A stretch of 64,000 bases of DNA, taken from positions 1,984,001-2,048,000 of the forward strand of contig JBBPEB010000014.1 of NCBI GenBank assembly GCA_039096225.1, given 5' to 3'. Under the pieces are notes generated by a model. That model searched no databases. It was not told where the DNA came from and saw nothing but the letters and a program-made list of their open reading frames with translations. Positions 57,136 to 64,000 of this stretch are shown one piece after another. The stretch comes from Blastocystis sp. Blastoise. Taxonomy: Eukaryota; Protista; Bigyra: Opalinata. The translations under genes and the position numbers were made by a program. Position 1 is the first letter of the stretch. The number at the start of each line of letters is the position of its first letter.

Positions 57136-59623
57136 GGAACATATTTTATCTGATTAATCATGTATAAATATTCATGGTAATTTTAGAGTCATCAGCTCAA
57201 TGACAATAGACACCATCATAAGTGATAGATTTACTGATATGGAATGATTGGATTATTTTGTTCTTTTAGCAAATGATATCTATTTAATTGATATGACGTG
57301 AATGATGTATGTTGTATATGTCAATTGCATCATTAGATATTTACATAAAAAGCACCAATAGAATAAAATGATGACGTCAGTATATATTGTTTTTTTAGTA
57401 TTTACTGATTTGATCAGTGGAAACAGTGGAATTCTATGTAATTTTTAAATAGCTATATCTCTGGATATAAGCAATATTTTGTCTCAGTTAAAAAAAGATA
57501 ATTCGTTTCAAAAGAAACTCTAGCAGGGGACAAAATTTCAAAGCCCCACTGTCAGTCCTTGGACTGTATGTGTGTACATATCCTCTTATATTATATATAT
57601 ATATATAGTATTACACCTGTATGTATGATATATCATGGTCTCAAGTACCCCTGGCCTTCAAGCATACTACAAAATAACAGCAGTATGTATTTTATTAATT
57701 ACTTATATTTTATATATATTCTAATAGGATATGCTTCTTATCTACTATATATAGATGACTGAAGTTAATAATAGCAATTATGTTTATGTTTCTATTCTTT
57801 GTTTTTGTATTATACTATTGATGTTCCTTCTTGTTTTGTTCTTAACTGAGAGTTATTATTATTATATAGTCACAACAAGTTATATCATAAAGATCAGTCT
57901 TTAATGGCTTAAATATGGATTTACTTGAATGTAGAGTGTTATACAATTAACAAAACAATATATATATAATAGAAATTGATATTAATTAGAAATAGATGCA
58001 TTAAATCTTTGCTGATACTTTCTTTGCGCTTCCTTATGTCTTTCAGCTTTGTTGCGATGCATAAGTTCAATCTTATCATAGTGACACTGAAGAACTTTGT
58101 ACTCCTCTGATCGTAAAGGTGAATCCATTATAGACAGATTTGTCAAATGGGTTAGGGCTTTATTAAAGGAATCAAAACGTTCCTCAGCAAGGCCAAAGGG
58201 TTCTCGAGCTGCTTTAAATACTCTAGTCATCCTTCCAAAATAGTTTTCGATAAGAATTCTATACTTATTAAACGTTATATCATTAACGCCATTAGGAAGT
58301 GATAGGAGTTCAGGATCCGATTCAGAATGGTATCCTTTATCAGCTAATATATAAACAGAACTTATAGTATCTCCTATGTTAGTGAGCATTTCATTTAATC
58401 CAGCCATTATTGCGTGCTTATTCAATCTAAACATTGATATATCACTGTTTGATGCAGGAAGAGAAGGAGAAACATATATACACAGACCCTCATGATTGAT
58501 AATATATTGAGCTGACATTCCAGGGCTATGAAATTTGTGGGAAAAAAACTTACGACGTTGGGCAAATGAAGACGATACAGCAGCGATACGTTGATGACGT
58601 CCATCGATTATAAAGCGTGAAGATTGTCCTTGCTCTGATAGGCGCTGCTTTTCTGCTTCGCTAATCTTAGATGAAAGCTTTGGACAACCTAATGTTGTAC
58701 AAAACGGTACATAGCAAGCTGCTATGGCATCTATTCCCTTTAAGAGGGCAGTTCTAACGATATTACGTTTTTCATGAACCTTAGTAGCCAATTCGCCAAT
58801 AGTACAACATCTTCTTATATAAACCAAAGCCAAAAAAATTGACTTATTTTGAGACAACGAACCTTTTCTGTTTCCTTTAAAGTTAAACATTGCTAGAAAA
58901 ATAGTATAATAAGATAAATATAACATTATTGAACAATAAATACCATCTTGTATTATCATTTCGCATCTTGAACGAGAAAAACCCAGCAATTGTTCACAAG
59001 AAGAGTCACTTAAGAGTCTGTGAAATGATTCAGGGTAGAGTGATTGCTCATCTGGATCATTAACAGTTACATCATGATCTAAGCAATAGTCCTCCACTTC
59101 CCTATCTATTTCCTCTTCTATGTCACAAGAAAACGAATCAATCAAACTCATTTTTATTGTAAATATAATTTTTTTTTGTAAAAAGATATTGTTTTAATGT
59201 ATTGTAAGACGTATTAGTTTTTTAATTAGTGCAAATAAATACATAATATACATACGTAATGACTAAAAGAGAAACATTCATACTTTATCAATAGAAATAG
59301 TACGCGTAATTAGAAAAGTACAATACGTATGTGATACGTACAATCAAATAAAAAATGACACAGATCAATTTGTGATAGACGTTATCAGTCGCATATGATA
59401 ATTTTATTTTTTTTAGTAAGCAAATGATATGTATAATACACACTGATCGAATATTCTTAGATGTTAATAGTTTGATATCATATGATCCACTATTATCGTA
59501 ATTATTTCTTATTTTTCGCAATGATATGATAAATAATTCTGATAATTTAAATATAGTCTGACTCGATATTCTTGTTTCTGATTTAATCTGAATATATCTG
59601 ATTAATCAGTTGAATATGATTCC
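57136..59623. mobile_element. PIF/Harbinger element, putative boundaries
   Basis: Imperfect TIRs GGAACATATTTTATCTGATTAATCA (left) and GGAATCATATTCAACTGATTAATCA (right, reverse complement), each flanked by TAA (57133-57135, 59624-59626), the typical Harbinger TSD. Confidence 0.55.
57982..59151 (-). CDS. PIF/Harbinger (DDE_Tnp_4-like) transposase
   Basis: Motifs FIIDGRHQRI, FFSHKFHSPGMSAQ..GLCIYVS..ASNSDISMF, ILADKGY and RILIENYFGRM..FK. Probable 51-nt in-frame intron at 58893-58943. Confidence 0.85.
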   Translation of the reverse strand: MSLIDSFSCDIEEEIDREVEDYCLDHDVTVNDPDEQSLYPESFHRLLSDSSCEQLLGFSRSRCEMIIQDGIYCSIMLYLSYYTIFLAMFNFKGNRKGSLSQNKSIFLALVYIRRCCTIGELATKVHEKRNIVRTALLKGIDAIAACYVPFCTTLGCPKLSSKISEAEKQRLSEQGQSSRFIIDGRHQRIAAVSSSFAQRRKFFSHKFHSPGMSAQYIINHEGLCIYVSPSLPASNSDISMFRLNKHAIMAGLNEMLTNIGDTISSVYILADKGYHSESDPELLSLPNGVNDITFNKYRILIENYFGRMTRVFKAAREPFGLAEERFDSFNKALTHLTNLSIMDSPLRSEEYKVLQCHYDKIELMHRNKAERHKEAQRKYQQRFNASISN

Positions 59624-61092
59624 TAAGCTAATTTGTGATAAACATATTTTTTTTTATAAAATAATTTGGGGTATTCTTATTTGAACAACTAGATATCATT
59701 TATTTTTGAGATTTTTAAAAACAGTATGGAATTATTCAATTATAAAAAAAAAAAAAACATGATGTCAAAAAAAATATATAAAATTATTAATAGTAATTTG
59801 TATATATTTTTATATACTCTAAATTTTTTATAATATACACAATTCGTTTTGTTATTTTAGATTAAAAAATTTTGATAAGCCACTTATATGTGTCAAAAGA
59901 TCACAAGTGTAATATAGTAGTATAAATAAACATATATGAATTGATTATGATAATATCATATATTTGAAGTATTTGTGTTTTTATGGATGATATAGGGTTT
60001 CGTTGTCGTTGGTCAAAGTGGTTTATAAGAATAGAATCATATATTATTGTTCTTGATATCATTTCATACTTTCAATATGGATAAAAAGATTTTTTTTTTC
60101 AGTTTCATTAGAGAAGAAGAATGATGTTTTGTATCATAGAGAATAATGTTTGAGTTACCAAATATATGTATAGATTATTATATTATATATAGACATTTAA
60201 TTAACAAAAAGTTCTAAAGTCTTTTAAGAGAATCAATTGAAAATGGTTATAAGAATACTCTAGGAATATATAATTAATATATAATAAATTAACATTCTAT
60301 TTTATAGAAGAACTAACAAATTAAAGAAATGATTGAGATGTCTTTTTTCTCATGTTATCTTTAAACAATGGCATATTACTTTATTTGAATATAAGGTGTA
60401 AGATTCAACTTGATATATAATAGAAATTTAATTTAATCAATTAAAGGAATGATAGACTCGAGTGTTTTAAGTGAATTTAGTTTAATTGGCCACAATATTA
60501 TTCTTTAAGTATTTTTTAATTCCATATAGTTGATTTATATATAGATAAACTTGATTTAGTGGATCAAATGATGATTTCATGAAGATTATAAGAATTATGT
60601 ACATTGATATACTTTAAAGAAAGCATTTATTCATTCATTTATGCTTTAATATCATACATATATCCATATCAAAACAGAATTACACATCAATTAAGCAACA
60701 TCAGTTGTGACTGAAGAAATTAAGTTGTTTATATTCGTCAAAAACGTATTATAGATTTCACTATAAAAATCTCTACAAGATTCTCTATTTAATATTTTCT
60801 ATATATACGAAAGAAGCTTCTATTCTTGATAAATGAAATGAAATAGCTTTTGAATGATTTGAATAATTACGGTTTTTAATGAATTGGAAGGCGAGAGTTT
60901 TTATTGGGAAATTCTTGAAGAGAAATGGGTTGATTGGTTTCGATTCAGCTCATTTTCGAGAGTCAGCTTTACTTTTGTTTATCCATTTTCATTTTTTATA
61001 AATGATGTTTTGTTCATATTTTAATTTGATTTGATTCAAATATAAATAATATTAATTAATTCGATAATATTTTTGATTAAGAATTCAATATA

Positions 61093-61662
61093 ATGATGCA
61101 AGTATATAGAAGTGTTCCTGTAATGCAGCTTGCTGCTACTCATGCTATTCGTGCTTCTCCTCTTTTAATACAGAAGAGAACAATGATTCTTGGATTTGCA
61201 ATTAAATCAGCTATTGGTATGTATTTCTCATTTACAAAGATAATTTCTATTCTATTATTGAATATATAATGATTTATTTTATATAGATTTAACTGCAATT
61301 TCTACAAGTGCTGCTGCTGTTCGTAGAATAACTGGCTTTGAGTATTTTTTTCTAACTTATTATTTTTTTTATAAATATTATATTATTATAGTTTTAAACC
61401 TTATGCTATGAATATAAAAGATGAAAAGATGCGTAACTTCTCATTAGGATATTTATTTTATGGTGAAAAATGGGCTGATTTCTTTGTAAATCAATGGGAA
61501 CGTTGTACTTTAAAATGTAAAAATGAGAATAGAGAGAAATACGAAAAGTATCAAAGACAATATGATAGCAAAAAAAACCAATATTCTGATGAATTCCAAA
61601 GATATAAAGATGCTAAAAATTATGATTCCAGCAAACATATGTATCCTGATAAATATGAATAA
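61093..61662 (+). CDS. Mitofissin (Atg44/Mdi1; DUF1748)-like protein, 149 aa, with a presequence-like N-terminus and a charged C-terminal tail
   Basis: Exons 61093-61216, 61287-61341 and 61392-61662 (450 nt, GT-AG introns). The core MILGFAIKSAIDLTAISTSAAAVRRITGFD..IKDEKMRNFSLGYLFYGEKWADFFV fits the DUF1748 pattern G..h...D..LvST..Agi+R.TG...mRn....YL..GE...D. Confidence 0.75.
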
Positions 61663-62562
61663 ATTATATTCATTAATTAATTGATTTATTCTATTATTAT
61701 TATTCTTTTTTTGGGATTTTTTATGATATATATTATGATTTTTTAATATATATATATTGTGATTTTTTTAGATATATATTATGGTTTTTTAATATATATT
61801 TCTTTCTATTTATGTTGTGCATTCTACATGTATTTAATAACTTTATAAAATTGTATGAGTATATTTTTTATTATTAAATAGGTTTTATTGTTTATTAGTT
61901 TTGTTCAATTATATAAACCTTTTTATAATACTTGATTATTATCAAAAATACTTTTCGCTTATATTAATGAAATCACTAGGCTGTTAATAAATAAATTTTG
62001 TTTTATATTTTGAAAAGAGATAGAATCACATAAATGTGTTGATAAAATATTTTTATACATTTCTTACATCCTTTATTTCCTTGTATTTGACTTGTGTCCC
62101 CAGTAGTAATAAAAATATGCTCATATTTTGTATCGAATAGAAACATTTTGTATATTTCAAAAATTATTCATTTAATACTTCTGATTGAATTTCAAGAGTT
62201 AGTTTTCTGACCATTTTGTTTCCTATGTGTTTGTTTTAACAAATATATTACTGAAATTGATTGATAGTACTGTGATTATCAATTCAAGTGAAATATTAAT
62301 AAATAGAATTAAACCAATAGAAACACTATTAATTGAAACAAACAATATAAGGGTATATATATTTTGATTTGCTCGTATTCTAAGAAAAGTTATAGGTAAT
62401 AGAAAAGAAAGTTGAGATATATTAATCATGTTATGACCTATTTATCAGTTTCTCGAGCTATGTCTATTGTCAACCATTATCAAAAATAAAAATTCATGAA
62501 TTCAGAGTGTAAATCATTATTCTACATTTGTTTTCATTTGATTTCATCAAGAGGTTTGTGTG

Positions 62563-63369
62563 ATGTTTTCTTTACAGATTTTCATTGTTTTTGTTACGGT
62601 TACAATTGATGTTTTTGGGATATCTCTTGTGATGGCAGTAATTCCTTTTTTTTCTGAGCAGGTTGGAGGTACTGGATTTGAGATGGGAATGTTCTTTACA
62701 TCATATGCAATAACTCAAATGATAAGTAAGGATATATTTGCTTTTTTTGTGATTGTGTATTGCGTTAGGTGTATATTTAATGGGATCTTGGTCAGATAAG
62801 TATGGTAGAAAGTTGTTTTTGATGTTATCATTATTTGGATCATTTACAGGTCCTTTATTACAATCTTTTTCAACATCTATGCTTATGATGAATATATTCA
62901 GAGCTTATACTGGATTATTAGCTGGAAGTATGACTTTAGGTCAAGCAGTGATTGCTGATTTATATCCTCCTGAAAAACGTGGAAGTTTATTTAGTTTCTT
63001 ACTTGGAATTGCTTCATCTGCATTTATTATTGGACCAGCTATTGGTGGAGCCTTAGGAGCTATAAAGATTCAAATGCCATTGTATTTTTATAGTTTATTT
63101 GTTTTATGTTATGAAATATATTATAGTTGGATATCTGGTGGTTGTGCTGGAATTATGTTTGCAATTGCTTTATGCTATTTGAAAGAATCAAATGTGATTG
63201 TAATAAAAAAGAATGATTTGAAATCGAGACGTCAAAAACTACTTAAGAAAACAGCATTATGTATATATATATATGTAGTGACATTATGAGTTTATTGCCT
63301 CTATAGCTGATGAGGAGACAAAGGAGGTTGATATAATTACTGAAGAATTGAATAAGATGAATTCAAAAA

Positions 63370-63453
<84 letters not shown>

Positions 63454-64000
63454 ATAAGCAATATATTTCATTATATGTATATCTATAGAGACAAAGAAAG
63501 AGGAGGAGAATATTCAACTTCATTGGAATAAGTTTATGGTAAGCTATATTCTATTTATAACAATAGTTTTGATATTCTTATTACATATAGATATTGTGGC
63601 TTATCATCCGTTTCCTGAATGAATGTGTTTCGGTTATTATTTCTAGCTAGTATTTCATGTTCTAATGTTATATATATATATATATATATATAGTTATGGT
63701 CTCTACATGATATCCGCGATTAATGCCACATCTCTACATTATAGGTATATATATATATATTGATACTATCTATTGTATATAGTATATACCTCTGCTGTAC
63801 AGGAACAGCAGCTGTCATTGTTCAAATTATTATATTCCCGTGGTTAAAGGACAAACTACATATAAGTGTGGGTATATATGTATATATAATGTAGTATAGT
63901 GATTCATTATATTTCTATTCTTTTTTCTTCTCTAGTTTATATCGCACTAATTGGGGCTATTATCATGTGTATATTCAATTATATATATTATTATATAGAT
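62563..64000 (+). CDS. MFS transporter (TetA/DHA1-like), paralog 2; 3' end beyond the window
   Basis: MFSLQIFIVFVTVTIDVFG, GSWSDKYGRK and IIGPAIGG. Clearly homologous to 48132-50397. Confidence 0.9.

Noticed and set aside
59900-60850. Exon/intron-like segment upstream of the mitofissin-like gene
   Set aside because: All frames are interrupted and no family was recognised. At most an unassignable pseudogene.
57522-62105. GGGGACA / TGTCCCC as Harbinger TIRs
   Set aside because: Only a 7-bp match with no TSD, and it would enclose a host gene. The 57136/59623 pair fits better.

Overview
Very AT-rich eukaryotic (protist-like) genomic DNA. Genes are intron-rich, and most introns follow a GTAT(AT)n...(TA)nTAG pattern. 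The combination of a divergent Tom70, a PIG-W ending in KVKFW and a Vps50-like gene would fit a stramenopile such as a Blastocystis relative, but this is inference only. Host genes: a partial fucosyltransferase-like type II membrane protein, TOM70, PIG-W/GWT1, an intronless DUF1349 gene, two small EF-hand paralogs, a 3-repeat Myb protein, a Vps50/syndetin-like gene, two MFS paralogs and a spliced mitofissin (Atg44/Mdi1, DUF1748)-like gene that the ORF track only partly captures. About 45% of the window is DNA transposons, whose termini were read directly. They are: (1) a 5.4-kb CACTG element (19-bp TIR, TAT TSD); (2) a 16-kb CACTA element (12-bp TIR, AAT TSD) carrying an intact-looking spliced transposase, a divergent accessory gene, ~8 kb of decayed cargo and a ~1.95-kb satellite built around the TTATACC subterminal motif of the first element; (3) a nest of seven hAT termini, including a non-autonomous copy inserted in its own transposase (8-bp TSD); (4) a PIF/Harbinger element. 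All family assignments come from recalled motifs, not database searches.
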